A stretch of 64,000 nucleotides of DNA. It comes from Chrysemys picta bellii (lineage: Eukaryota). The position numbers and the translations under genes were made by a program. How positions within the stretch are numbered: position 1 is the stretch's first letter; each line of letters opens with the position of its first letter. The stretch spans positions 64,852,001 through 64,916,000 of the forward strand of contig NC_088796.1 of the NCBI RefSeq assembly GCF_011386835.1, read 5' to 3'. The notes under the pieces were generated by a model. That model was not told the DNA's origin, ran no database searches, and worked only from the letters and a program-made list of their open reading frames with translations. Shown piece after piece: positions 36,942 to 49,956 of this stretch.

Positions 36942-38301
36942 AAAAACAACAAGGAGTCTGGTGGCACCTTAAAGACTAACTGATTTATTTGGCATAAGCT
37001 TTCGTGGGTAAAAACCCCACTTCTTCAGATGCACGGAGTGAAAATTACAGATACAGGCATTATATACTGACATACGAAGAGAAGGGAATTAGCTCACAAG
37101 TGGAGAACCACTGTTGACAGGGCCAATTCAATCAGGGTGGATGTAGTCTACTCCCAATAATTGATGAGGAGGTGTCAATTCCAGGAGAGGAAAAGCTGCT
37201 TTTGTAGTGAGCCAGCCACTCCCAGTCCCTATTCAAGCCCAAATTAACAGTGTTAAATTTGCAAATGAATTTTAATTTGTCCAGGAAATTTGAAATGTTC
37301 TCCTACTGGCTTTTGTATGTTACCATGCCTGATGTCCGATTTGTGTCCATTTATTCTTTTATGTAGAGACTGTCCGGTTTGGCCAATGTACATGGCAGAG
37401 GGGCATTGTTGGGCATATATATATGATGGCATATATAACATTAGTAGATGTACAGGTGAATGAGTCCCTGATGGTGTGACTGATGTGGTTGGGTCCTTTG
37501 ATGGTGTTGGTAGAGTAGATATGGGCACAGAGTAGCCAACGAGGTTTGTTACAGGGATTGGTTCCTGGGTTAGTGTTTCTGTGGTGTGATGTGCAGTTGC
37601 TGGTGAATATTTGCTTCAGGTTGGGGGGCTGTCTTTAAGTGAGGACTGGCCTGCCTCCCAAGGTCTGTGAGAGCGAGGGATCACTTTCCAGGATATATTG
37701 TAGATCGTTGATGATGTGCTGGAGAGGTTTTAGCTGGGGTCTGTACGTGATGGTCAGTGGTGTTCTGCTATTTTCCTGTTGGGCCTGTCCTGTAGTAGGT
37801 GACTTCTGGGTACCCATCTTGCTCTGTCAATCTGTTTCCTCACTTCCCAAGGTGGGTATTGTAGTTTTAAGAATGCTTGATAGAGATCTTGTAGGTGTTT
37901 GTCTCTGTCTGAGGGATTGGAGCAAATTCAGTTGTATGTTAGGGTTTGGCTGTAGACAATGGATCATGTTATGTGTCCTGGATGGAAGCTGGAGGCATGT
38001 AGGTAAGTATAGTGGTCAGTGTATGTTGCCGGTATAGGGTGGTGTTTATGTGACCATCACTTATTTGCACTGTAATGTCCAGGAAGTGGATCTCTTGTGT
38101 GGGTGTAGGTTGATGGTGGGGTGGAAATTGTTGAAATCTAGGTGGAATTCTTCAAGGGCCTCCTTCCTGTGGGTCCATATGATGAAGATGTCATCAATGT
38201 AGCGCAAATAGAGGAGGGGCGCTAGGGGACGAGAGCTGAGGAAGCGTTGTTCTAAGTCAGCTATAAAAATGTTGGCATATTGTGGGCTACCCCCTGATAC
38301 T
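36942..38301 (-). mobile_element. 5'-truncated Penelope-like retroelement (RT C-terminus, GIY-YIG endonuclease, terminal repeat)
   Basis: PQYANIF...YLRYIDDIFIIW (RT); MYIGQTGQSLHKRINGHKSDI (GIY-YIG); terminal repeat at 36942-37035; short inverted tail ggctaccccctgatact near 38285-38301; frameshifted. Confidence 0.9.
36992..37032 (-). ncRNA. Minimal hammerhead ribozyme motif downstream of the PLE ORF
   Basis: Minus strand reads GCAU-CUGAAGA-A-GUGGGGU(UUUU)ACCCAC-GAAA-GC-UU-AUGC; same strand as the RT/GIY-YIG ORF. Confidence 0.7.
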
Positions 38302-38830
38302 TGACACCAAAAATACATAAATTTACTCATCAGCAGCTCCACTATACTCAGATTGTCTCAATTCAAATGTCTGAATAGAGAGAGATGGGCACTGAAGGTT
38401 TATGGTACCCATTTCTGAATTACTGTAGCTCTACAGCCACAAATTAGGATGAACCATCAAGTGAGAATATTCTGGCCCTATTCCTTGACAGTCATAAAGG
38501 CTTTATCATTTCATGTATTTTCTTCTTTATATGTGTAAAATCAGATCCAGTAACTCTACTTGTTTTGGCTGTCCCTTGGTTTCTTCCTTCACATTCTTTG
38601 GCATACACAGTTCTGCTGGGATGAGAGCCTCAAAATACTCAGTGATTTGAAAATATTTCAGAATTCCTTGGTGCACTGATTACAAGTTCTGTAATACAAA
38701 GGGATAACTGGCAAACATCAAGATTTAATCTGCCAGATATTGTCTAATTAACTCTATGTACAAGAAGTAACACCAATTCCTTGTTTAACATATTAATATC
38801 CTGTATCAGAATATTATAAGTTCCTGGAAT

Positions 38831-39457
38831 CAGGGGCACAACCAGAATTTTCCATAGGAGGGGTCCTCGAGCTCTCCCTCTGCTGCCCTGCATCCAGCCC
38901 CACATACTTCTTTCCCTTGCCCATGCACCCAGACCTAAACTGTTCCCCTGCTACTTCCCCATACCCAGTCCTGAGCTCTCTCATGCTACCTCTGCATCTC
39001 TCCCCCTCCTGCACCCAGCTCCACACACACTCCCCTCCCGCTGCCCATACCCAGACCTGTGCTCTTCCCCCCACATTGCCCCTCACCCAGCTCTTAGCTC
39101 TCCCCATGGCTTCCCCAGACCCACACCCAAAACCTAAGCTCTTATCCAGGGATGCAATCAGGCTGAAAAGCACCATCTCCATCAGAGGCCAGGCAGGTCT
39201 GGGAGCTCAGATCCCATCGTCCTTCTGTGTCTTCACTTCCCCAGGAATCACTGGAAACCCGGATACAATCCTCCCAAGCTCCTGGGGACTGGAGTTCCTT
39301 GGTGCAGAGGAAAATTCCCCCATCTAGTTTACAGGATGATCACGCCACACTCCCCATCACAGGTAGATGTTGGGGAGGTAAATATAAACACAGAGTAGTG
39401 GCCAGCAATATTCAGTCCCCTGTGCCTAGTGCACTCACTTTATGCCTCATGCCCCCG
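38831..39457. mobile_element. Old GC-rich hAT-like element
   Basis: Starts caggggcacaaccagaatttt, ends atgcccccg; no TSD. Confidence 0.4.
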
Positions 39458-40219
39458 CTCTTGTAATTGGCATCCCTATGCACAGAGGTTGTAAATAACC
39501 ATCTTCTGGATTTACCAACAACCCTCAGTGCCCTCATGTCTTCAGGTACCCTCCATTACTGATGCTTTTTGTCTGCCAATATAGCTTACTTTATTTCATT
39601 CACTTCTACAGGTTTTCATTGACTTTCTCTGCATCATATGTAGTGGGAGTTAGATTGGTTACTTTCATCAGCAGAAGACCTCTTCCTCAGAGAGCCCCGT
39701 TACTCCGGCCACATATCTGGAGTACTATACAGCAATGGGATTGCTTATGGAGTAAGGGTGGCAGAACCTGGCTTTTACATTTTAAAGCAAATATCTGGAT
39801 GATTCTAATTAGCACATCTGTGCCTTAAAATGTATTTTTAATCTATGCCTAAAATAACATATTATAATATCTAATAATATTGGTATTGACATTCTTTTAG
39901 ATCTACTGACGAAAAGCACTATATGGCAACTAGGTTTTGTTATTATTGTTGTTATTATTATTATTTTATTGTTTTATTAATACAGATTTGCAGAAAAGTG
40001 CCTATAATAGGGTAAATATTGTGCACAGGATAAGAGCTAATAGAGAAGTTTCTGTTTAAAAATCAACACACTTTTAAAGGAAATGACCAATGGTCCAAAC
40101 TGACCTGATTTAAAAGCAGCAGGTGCTTGAGAAATAGCTATAACAGTAGGGACTACGGGAAGAATTTATTACCCAGCATATTTGTACATTTACAGTGTAG
40201 TTCAAAAGGCAACATTTGT

Positions 40220-40530
40220 TGTTGACAGTCCTTTGATCGGAAGTTTAGATGCATGAAGGAATGAGAGCAATTGCTTATTGTGGGTATGATTGACAGCTTG
40301 AGATTTCAAGGTACATGCCTGCTCACAAAGTTGAGACAATTTTCAATTGCCGTTTGACATGTGCCACATGAAGGGGCTTATGAGGGAGCCAGCTGTCCTG
40401 CAGATACACTTGCTGTGAAATAAACAATTAATACAAAAGCAAAGTGCAAGAATATGCAGGCTAGAACTTTAATCCATCAAAATCCCATATTGTGCTGCTG
40501 AATAGCATCATTCAGGTGACAGGTGCCATA
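40220..40530. promoter_or_regulatory. Candidate enhancer (PBX/MEIS and E-box motifs)
   Basis: TGATTGACAG at 40287-40296, TGACAG at 40223 and 40517, paired CAGGTG at 40513 and 40520. Motif match only. Confidence 0.25.
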
Positions 40531-41669
40531 AGTTGGTTTATTGATTAATAGCAAAGTATTGTAAAAACAAAATGGGCAGACTTGTCAAGGAAAGGAAAGA
40601 AAAGGGAGATAGAGTAGAGGCTGAGGGGAAATCCATACAGAATGAGAAGTCTTTGAGATATTCTTATCATCTTGGAGAAATGGGTTAGACTCAGATATAA
40701 TAATTTTGTTTTGGAGAGAAATCTATTTCCAGAGAATTAAGAGAGAAACGTTTAGGTCACCACTGACAAAGGTATTGGTTATTAAAGTATGACACATAGC
40801 CTGTATACAGCAATGCAATACCATGCTGTGTAAAGAAACTTAAGAAACACAAACATGAATGCAACAGAGGGTAGTTTGTGGAAAATTGATTGAATTCTAA
40901 TGGCCTTCCACTGTTGGTTAGCAGCACTCTCTACTCATAAACAGTGATGAAGGCTGACCAGTGAATAATGTGGATGCAGGCTAGACAGCCCTTAATGTAA
41001 TGATCTTCTATAGACTTGAAATAGGGTTGTCCCACTGGAATTTTTAAAACCACAAATTAGTTGATTCACTGAATCCTGTTACTGAAACAGACAGTATATT
41101 GATCCCATTTGGGAGATGGTAGTGGAAGGATGACAGTTTCATTCCATGGCAGCACTATAGTCCTTTGCAGATTGCTGAAGTGGCATATTAAGCCCCATCA
41201 TTATAAATCCACCCATACATGGGATGGGAAAGATGTAGTCCTCATTAGCACATAATGCAGATATAAGAAGTAAAATGCTAGGAGGAGTTAAGTTGGTTGA
41301 AGGGGCAGCAGCAAACTGTGCACTTTGTGTCTATGTGAAAGGCAGCTTCAATGTGTTCTCTTGACATGTATTGTTTCTTAAAGTATTGGGAGAAAAAAAT
41401 CTCTTTCTTTCCTCCTTTTATTCACAAAGAATTAACTGGTTTGACTGGATAGCTCTCTACACAGTTTGCCTTACACATACTGCTTATCCTATCTAGGTTT
41501 GTGTGTAGTGACTTCCCCTTTGTAGGTCATCCAGAATCTGCCTGTCATAGGCTGGTAGTAATAATAAATGTCACTGCTCAAATTCTTGCTGGTTCTAAAT
41601 TTGTCTCAGCAACTTAGAATCTCTCTACTTTTCTGCTGTCTTGTGTTCCCCTTTGACCAATTACATTAA

Positions 41670-41953
41670 GGCCTGGTCTACACTAACCCCCCAATTCGAA
41701 CTAAGGTATGCAACTTCAGCTACGTGAATAACGTAGCTGAAGTCGACATACCTTAGTTCGAACTTACCGCGGTCCAGACGCGGCAGGCAGGCTCCCCCGT
41801 CGACTCCACATACTCCTCGCGCCGAGCAGGATTACCGGAGTCAACGGGGAGCACTTCTGGGTTCGATTTATCGCGTCCAGACAAGACGCGATAAATCGAA
41901 CCCAGAAGTTCGATTGCCTGCCACCGAACCAGCGCGTAAGTATAGACAAGCCC
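41670..41953. mobile_element. Young PIF/Harbinger MITE
   Basis: TIRs ggcctggtctacact and agtatagacaagccc; TAA on both sides; CpGs largely retained; internal hairpins. Confidence 0.9.
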
Positions 41954-43786
41954 TAAGTCTGTATCTGCTGACTTTCTGATTTTCCTTAAATATCAGTTTG
42001 GAACTAACAGATCCAGAGCCTCTAACAGCTGTGTGAAAAGGTGACTCTTACATCTAAATAAAAGATATATGTTTGATGCGGCTCTAAGAATACAAAACAA
42101 TTGTTTTGTTCAATAGAATATGAAAGGTAAAAAGCAAAAGTAGGGGAAGGCAAGAGGAAGAGAAAAGAAAACTGGAGAAGAAAACAATTATACATTCTGG
42201 GACAGTTTCTGAGCACAACAATATAAATTTGGAGAAACTTCACTGAATTCAGTACACTTCAGATTGACACATGTAACTGAGATCAGAATCTGCTTCTTTC
42301 ACAGTCAGTGTGGTTATACATATATTCATTACAATAATAGATGCTGCTTTTAATTAGCTCTTAAAACTTGAAAGCATCTGAAATTATTCCAATAGAAGTG
42401 ATCAAAAAATCACATTGTAATATACAGTAACTTCCTTTATGGTTCACAAGCATTTAACATCCCTTGATTTCCTTCCTATTAAAAAATGTGTTGCCATTTT
42501 AGAAGTGACTAGATACAAATACATGTGGCACTTCAAAATTCAATGATTACGTGGTACAGAAGGTAATAATTGTATTTAGGACTATTTTCATGTTTTGAGG
42601 GTAGGATCCTGCATGATAATAAAATATGATTAATATTCATAATTCAAGTTGCAGTACCAGCTAAATGGATTGGGGCTGAAATGTGGTAGGCACTATACAC
42701 ACAACAATAATTGTATTATTAATAATGAACATATCCATCTAATTTAATGTAATTTTATATAACTATAATGCAATAATATTATTGTTCTGCTTATTAGTAT
42801 CATCATCACTACCGTACATAATAGTTACATAACTATGCATGGAGCATTATAGAAAAAGGAAAATTATTATTTCCCCTTGAAGTTTACAGTCTATGACAGA
42901 AATAAATGTCTTTCTAATTGCATAAATTATACCTGCTGTTTCAACTAGATATCATATTCTTCACTGCCTACTTCAAATGATTGGCTGTGTAGTGTTACAT
43001 GGTTAAATAGCCATAAAGTGCCATGCTAGAGGTGGCTGCAGTTCAGTAATGGGTGAAATGATTCTTGCATAGTACAGCCTGTAAAGTTTTTAAAGTATAT
43101 TTGAATCCTTCAGGATGAAGCTGTTATAAACATATTATTAGAAATAAATAAAATGAATATCACTAACCAAAATGTATTAAATATAAAAGGTTGGACTCTG
43201 CTTTCAGATAAGACAGTGTACATAGATGGAGTTACTCTGGATTTAAATTAGTATAACTGGTAATGGAATTGATCCCACCTTAGTGTGCAGTGACTGCTTT
43301 TTTGCATATGTAGCCTAGAGATGAGCTGAAGCCAGAACTTCAGATCTAAATGCTCCACAATCTTGAAGGGGAGACAGGTGATAAGGAAACCAAATTTGCA
43401 TCTAAATATCACAGATAGGCTGAACAAAATACTCTTCACTTGTTGGAATAGTGTTCAGATCCAGATCCAGAAACACTTGTGGATCTGAACTTTGTAAATT
43501 GGGCCCCTCCCTGATCAAAACCAATCAAACATTTCAAAACAGTGTGAACAATGTTAGCAATGCAATTCTCAGTGACTTTAATTAGATTAATTTGGCTAAT
43601 TAGTGCCATGCTTTCTTTCCTATGCACAGCCACATTTAAAATATATTTAACATGAGAGCAGTTCAGAGATAACAATTCTGTTTCATGACAACTTTTAAAG
43701 TTTTGACATTTGTTTTTGATCTGCACTGGAATGAAAACAAAACCTTTTGAACATTTTTGCAAAAAACGGAACTATGTTCATGTCAA

Positions 43787-43796
43787 TCTCTCTCTC

Positions 43797-43835
<39 letters not shown>
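43787..43835. repeat. (CT)n microsatellite
   Basis: Direct inspection; two TT interruptions. Confidence 0.95.
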
Positions 43836-43837
<2 letters not shown>

Positions 43838-43899
43838 AACCAGGTAACCCTGTAGCTTAGAAACCATCTCAGTGAAAACCCCACCTTAACTGCTATGTG

Positions 43900-44110
43900 T
43901 CTGCAAGCAATGTTGTTATAGCCATGTTGGTCCCAGGATATTAGAAAGACAAGGTGAGTGAGATAATATCTTTTATTGGACCAACTTCTGTTGGTGAGAA
44001 AGACAAGCTTTTGATCATACAACAGAACTCTCCTTCAGGTCTGTGTACGCTCAAAAGCTTGTTTCTCTCACAGAAGTCAGTGCAATAAAAGAGATATTAC
44101 CTCACCCATC
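43900..44110. mobile_element. Second PLE-type family, inverted terminal-repeat pair
   Basis: Arms about 43945-44042 and 44043-44110 are mutual reverse complements; degenerate hammerhead-like core at 44001-44042 (minus). Confidence 0.6.
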
Positions 44111-44112
44111 TA

Positions 44113-44313
44113 TGGGCATTTATAGCGTCGACTCTGGTACTCCACCTCAACGAGAAGTGCAAGGGGAATCGACAGGAGAGCATCTCCTGTCAACACACCT
44201 TGGTGAAGACACTGTGGTAAGTAGATCTAAGTATGTCGACTTCAGCTATGTTATTCACGTAGCTGAAGTTGCGTAGCATAGGTCAATCTCGCCCCCGTAG
44301 AGTAGACTAGCCC
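44113..44313. mobile_element. PIF/Harbinger MITE fragment
   Basis: Shares the cttcagcta...tagctgaag hairpin with 41670-41953; ends agagtagactagccc followed by TA. Confidence 0.7.
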
Positions 44314-44324
44314 TATGTGTTTGC

Positions 44325-44496
44325 AAAACATTGTGGCAAGGTGGGTGCGGTAATATCTTTTGTTGGACCTGCTTCTCTTGGTGAGAGAAACAAGAGTTTG
44401 AGCTTACACAGACCTGAAGAAGAGTTCTGTGTAAGCTAAGTGTGTCTCTCTCACCAAGAGAACTTGTCCCAATACAAGATATCACCACACCCATCT
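44325..44496. mobile_element. Second PLE-type family, another inverted pair
   Basis: Homologous to 43945-44110; contains agacctgaagaagag at 44410. Confidence 0.6.
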
Positions 44497-47400
44497 ATAT
44501 GTCGGCAAAACATTTTGGCTTTGGTGAAACATTCTGGTAAAAATGCACCCCTGAAAATGTTCCAACCAGTTCTATTAAATATATTATATTTTGTGAAAAG
44601 TTAATAAATATTTAGAACAGAATACGACTAGGATATAGTATGATTAAAGATGCAGCAGGAATCATTACCCCCTTTTAGATTGTGGCTTACTCCTACATTT
44701 CTAAATATAGCATGAACTGTATTGAACTACGTTGTGGATCTTGTCCTCTTTTTCACTTCCTCAAGATGGGCCAGATCTTGAGAGCTGCTAAGTATCTACA
44801 ACTCAGCACCTTTCAGGATTTGGCCCAGTACTGATTCTGGCAGATGCCAAAACAATGGAAGCCACAATGTTTGACTTCCATAATATCCATAATTCATTTG
44901 AGGCCAAAGTACATTCTCTCTAAACTGTTTTCACAAATGTATTCATGTATTCCAAATGATATACACAAAATTCCCTCTAGAAAAATTTCATTTCTCAAAC
45001 ATTTCATTCCTTCACTGATTGATTTTAGTAAGTTATTTTAAAGTAACAACAGTCTATCACTTCGAGACTAAGGCCGCGTCACATTAATGCGCCAAACATC
45101 ACATTAGTTAAGGATTAGTTAAGGGTGGAGTGCGAAGGAATACACTACATCAGAGGACGTCTTGCTGACTAAGATCAAGGGATACAGGATGCAGGGCTTC
45201 TTTGTCTGCCCAGCTATATGGGAACACGGCACCATTCTCACTCCTGCCCTCCAAGCCCCCTTTCAGGATGGTTTAGCCTGCCTCCTCCCTGCCCTGCCTC
45301 AGCCCTTCTGGAAAGATTTGTGCTAGAAGAGAGAAATCTTTATGCTCACCTGATTTCACTCTCATACCATTTTTATACCAGTGCAAGTGAATGGACTTCA
45401 TTGGAATTATTCCTGTGTTCCACTGGAATAAAATGAGAGCAGAATCAGGCCCATTGTGTCAGGCCAAAGTGCACAGGAGGAGGGAGAACCTTGTGCTCTC
45501 TCACATCCCTTTGTGCACCCATGAGAAGGCCAGACTCAATCTGGCCTTAAGGAAGACAACTTTTTCCTTGACACAATGCACCATTGACTTCAGTGGCACT
45601 ATCCTGGAATTTCACCAGAGTAACAGAGATCAGAATGCAGCCCAGCATGGATATCACTGTGGTATTCATGATTATCATGCCTGCAGGCCTATCTCTATTT
45701 CTGAAGTGATATTAGAGGCATAACATATTTTAAAGCACTACTCCCAGATTAGAAAGAATCAAACTTCAGAATATTAAATTAAAAAAGTAAACACAATAAC
45801 ACCAAAATTTTTAAAAAATCAGAATTACTTCCTCCTTTTCTGCTGCTTGGACAGCTAATTTTCTCAGTTCTCATGTACTAGCATAATGCACTGATGTCCA
45901 GATTGTTTAAATCTCACAGTCCCTTTAAACCATTTTTATTAACACTAAAAATCATGAAAATGTTTCTGTTAATATATGTTCTGTAACACTTCCTTGATTT
46001 GTAAATCAAAAGCTGATTTTTGAGGCTAACCTATCTGTGTCTCTTCAGTAATATGGCCCGCAATAAAAGCTTTCATAACAGTAAAATGCATACAGCACTC
46101 TCTATCCAAGGACTCTGACATGCTTTCCAAACTCCCTTTGTGTAGTAAACTAATATTATTGACCCCATTTTACAGAAACAACAAAAGGAACTCAGGCCTA
46201 GGCTCTATCTAGCCCTTTTATGGGTGTGCTTTAGGGTCAGAGGCAGTGGTACTAATGCATGATGTTTTTGCACATCTAGTGATATCTGGTGTGCTTCTTA
46301 AAGCCCTAGCCCTGGCTCTGCCCCTAAAGCACTGTCCAGCATAGTTGCACTGGCATACCAGGTAATGATGCATGCTGCACTAGGTATAAGCTCAGTGGAG
46401 TTTGCTTTCTCCCTAGAACAGGCAGGAGACCAGAAACCTGATTTTTACCCTCTAAGTCACAATCTGCTTCCTGGGCTGCTCCTTGGACAGCAGAAATATA
46501 TGCTTTGCTCAGGGCTGATCATAAAGTGATAACCTAGTACACAGAAAATCTGTATCAAAGCTGGGAACCGACCCCAAAACTACCATCTGCCATTCATGTG
46601 ATTTAACCATCATGACACCTTTTCCCTTTAGCAACTATCTGATTTGCATGTAAATGACTTTTATTTTCATGCACTGTTATGCTTCCTACATACTTTATTG
46701 CACTGGGACCCTGCAATTGCCAACTATTGTTCCACAGTGTGTTTATAAGTAAAGGTACTGGTACATGGCCCTTCCCTTGGACTTTGATTGTTTTTATAAG
46801 AGTTTACAGTTTACAGTCTCTGTTCCACAGACTCATGCTTACATCCAGCTCTGGCTCATTATAACAGCAGTTGCTAATCCAACTAAAATAGTATTGCTTG
46901 GAATCAAACTGTGTCCCTTGAGTGCATTTTGTTCTATATAGTAAGTTCTAACATAATGAGTCACTGAAATAACATATTGCTGGAGAACTGTGTGAAAAAC
47001 AATTATTTTCAGTTAATTAAATCATTTGGAAATCATCTTGATTTATATTTTAGAATTTGAAAACTGCTCCTCTCAGTCTTCTGTGAAGAAATCTCTAGGA
47101 AAGACTTATTAGATGTCTCCTATTAATATGGATTGATTCCTTTAGGCCAGATTCTACCACTAACACTGAGTAGTACCTTTGCTTCAGTGTGACAACAGAG
47201 AACATGAAACAACAGAGTTGGCAATCTCCATGTTCAAGCAAAGTATGGAATTAATGTAGAAACTGAACAAGTCTCCATCTGTCTTAAAGGTTCAATAGTA
47301 CATGGTGGGACAAGCATGGGAAAACTCCTACTGCCTGTGCTGTACCTGTTCTGTAGATAAATGTAGAACTTTAATTTCCCATGCTGTCAATCTGGCCCTT

Positions 47401-48018
47401 TCAGAGCACTAAATAACATGTAAGATAATCAAATTCACAGATAACAATATAGTTGAAAATCCAGATCTAGAAATGTCATTTAGCACAGCTTTTACGGGCT
47501 GCGATGACATAACAAGAAATGTGTATATTTCTTAAAGTTAAAAAAGTTGCAGTTGAATTGCCAGTAGTTCTCAGAACATTTCCTCATTTCACTATGGCTT
47601 TACAGTATGTGGTGTATGTATACGTTTATTTTGTTTTTTAGTTTAGGGGTCAAATTCAAAGTGCACACTTAACTCTGTGGATTAGGTATAATCATAAATC
47701 CAGTTCCTTCTTCATTCATAGCACAGGTGTGGGCTGTTGCAAATATAAATACATGGTAAAAAGTGAGGAGTGGGACAAGAGGAGAGAGGAACTTAATTCT
47801 GCATGAAGGAGCACTGCTGAGAGGTCTTCAAGTTCCTCCTACCTACTACGAGGAGATAATTATAAGAAGAGAAAGTTTAGCTAAGACTAACCTCACCCCT
47901 TTCTTACCCTGCATTCTTAAGGATAAGGGAGAAGGCATGAAAACGGATATAGCTGCTCATGAAGAAGCCTATGTCTAATAGTTAATTTCTTTTGCACCAA
48001 TTCGCAGCCTCTACTCAC

Positions 48019-48101
48019 AGTTGCGCAGGCTTATACGTTGCTGAAGGACTTCTGGAACAAGGCTTTTGCTGAATTTTTTGTCTCAGATTGGCTAGGGAGA
48101 T
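48019..48101 (-). other. Candidate 83-nt exon of an unidentified minus-strand transcript
   Basis: Acceptor ttcattttttcag, donor act/gtgagt; one frame open (ISLANLRQKIQQKPC...), another ends DLPSQSETKNSAKALFQKSFSNV-stop. Not recognised as a known protein. Confidence 0.2.
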
Positions 48102-49419
48102 CTGAAAAAATGAACTTTTTTTTCACCAGACCCAAATATAGATTTTGCTGCTGCTCACTAAAACTACATTGGTTCAAATGGCTCTCCAAAAGAAAGCATG
48201 GTTCATCCAAAAGCTATTTGACCTTCAATCACTCCTACCTCTGAATCTCATCAGATTGACATCAGATATTAAAGAAATTTCATTGCAAGATGGATACACT
48301 GATATTTAGAAAGATGCATATTAGATGAGGAGCCACTAGAAAGATGGAGAGCTGTGGCATCTGTATCTCTATCAATACATATATCATGCATGTCATAATT
48401 ATAGGTATGGCTAATGATCAAATTAAATTCCTCTTTGAGGAGTATCAACCCTTGGAAAAAATACTAATAAATACTAGAATAATGACCCCATATACTATAA
48501 CAACACTTTGTAAAGCTGCAATGTCAAGATTGGGCAAAGGGGTTGTTCAAAGAGCCCTGAGTTTTGGGTTTTTTTTTATTTTGTTTTATTTCTTGCTCTT
48601 TATTTCCACCATGGGGCCCTCGCCTTCTCAGTAACTGCCCTCTTCACTTGACCTCAGTTGACCTTACCCACATTCATTCATTCATCCGGGCTACATGGCC
48701 ACAAGTGACAGATTCTGTTTGCTGTTTTTTGGTAGAAATTGGTTAATTCCTATTGTTAATTTAGAACCAGACTTTTTGCCTAGCAAATGCAAGGAAGATA
48801 AGTGTTAAAATAATGATTTTTTTTGTCCTGTTACATAAGTGATCTTGGTTGTACTTGAAACCCCATTTAGTGCCCCAAAATGGTATTGTTAGAGAGTTTG
48901 GTTCTGATTATTAATCAGTAAGATGTCAGATAGCTCAGCTCAATTGGTGTTGATAAGTCTAAGATAGATCAGCACTATACAGAAAGGCAAAGGTTAGTAT
49001 ATTAATCTTCCGGAGAACAGACTTGCAGCTTAAACTATTCTAAAGTCATAAATTAAATTTGGATTATACTGCTACCCCATTTGTTCACATCAAATAGAAA
49101 AGACCCTAATTATTACAGATGTTTCTTCTCTTCTCTTATCTACCTTTCGCCTCCTGTTTTCAGGGTACAGACACATCTACTTCAATAATTCCTAGCACCT
49201 GCACCAATTATTCCAATTATCTCTAGAAAATAACCAGCACTATTTATATTTGGCATCACTTCTGAATGGTACTGCATGTATAACCAACAGGGGTTATATA
49301 CAGTTCACTGTGATCTTGTCTGAGTGTAAAGCATGCTGGTGGTTTGCTTAATAGTTAGCACAAGTGCTGAGAATATATAATATTGTCTCACAGTGTCTAA
49401 TTAAAAGGATTCAAGGGTA

Positions 49420-49956
49420 TGGGTCCACAGTTTCAGTAGATTTAGAACCCAGGGCTGCAGGGCCCTGAGTCTCTGCCAATCTGATGCCACCAAGGGAGAC
49501 AGATGAAACAGCTTCTCAGTAATTCTGGAAGGTCCAGGTCCCACAGGAAGTCCTATCACAACACCCAAGACTTGGGGTCACCTGATTGGCTAGCACCCAC
49601 TACTTAAGCCAGGAAGTGAGCCTGGTGGGCTGTCCAAGCAATTGTGCAGACTCCCTGCCATGTCAGACCCTGCTCTTTGTCTGTTTACTGTGCATCCAAC
49701 CCTGTTCCTGGTTCCCACCCTTGCCTGATCCTTGCCTCATCTCTCTAGTTCCTGCTCCTCACCATCGGTTACCATTTCTGGCTCTGACCCTTGGCTTGAC
49801 TCCAGTTCTGACTTGTGATTTGAACTACTGGTTCCTGACTCTGTCTCTAGCCTTTGGTGATGTTCCTGGCCTCTGACTGCCACTGCTCTGATCACTAGAC
49901 CTTACTGCCACTGGTCTGACCATTAGGCTAGACCACCTAAACCCCATTTCCTAATA
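49420..49956 (+). mobile_element. Gypsy-type solo LTR
   Basis: Same style as the LTRs at 15.8 and 19.7 kb (ctgactc-rich tract, ending gaccaccta...cctaata). Confidence 0.5.
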
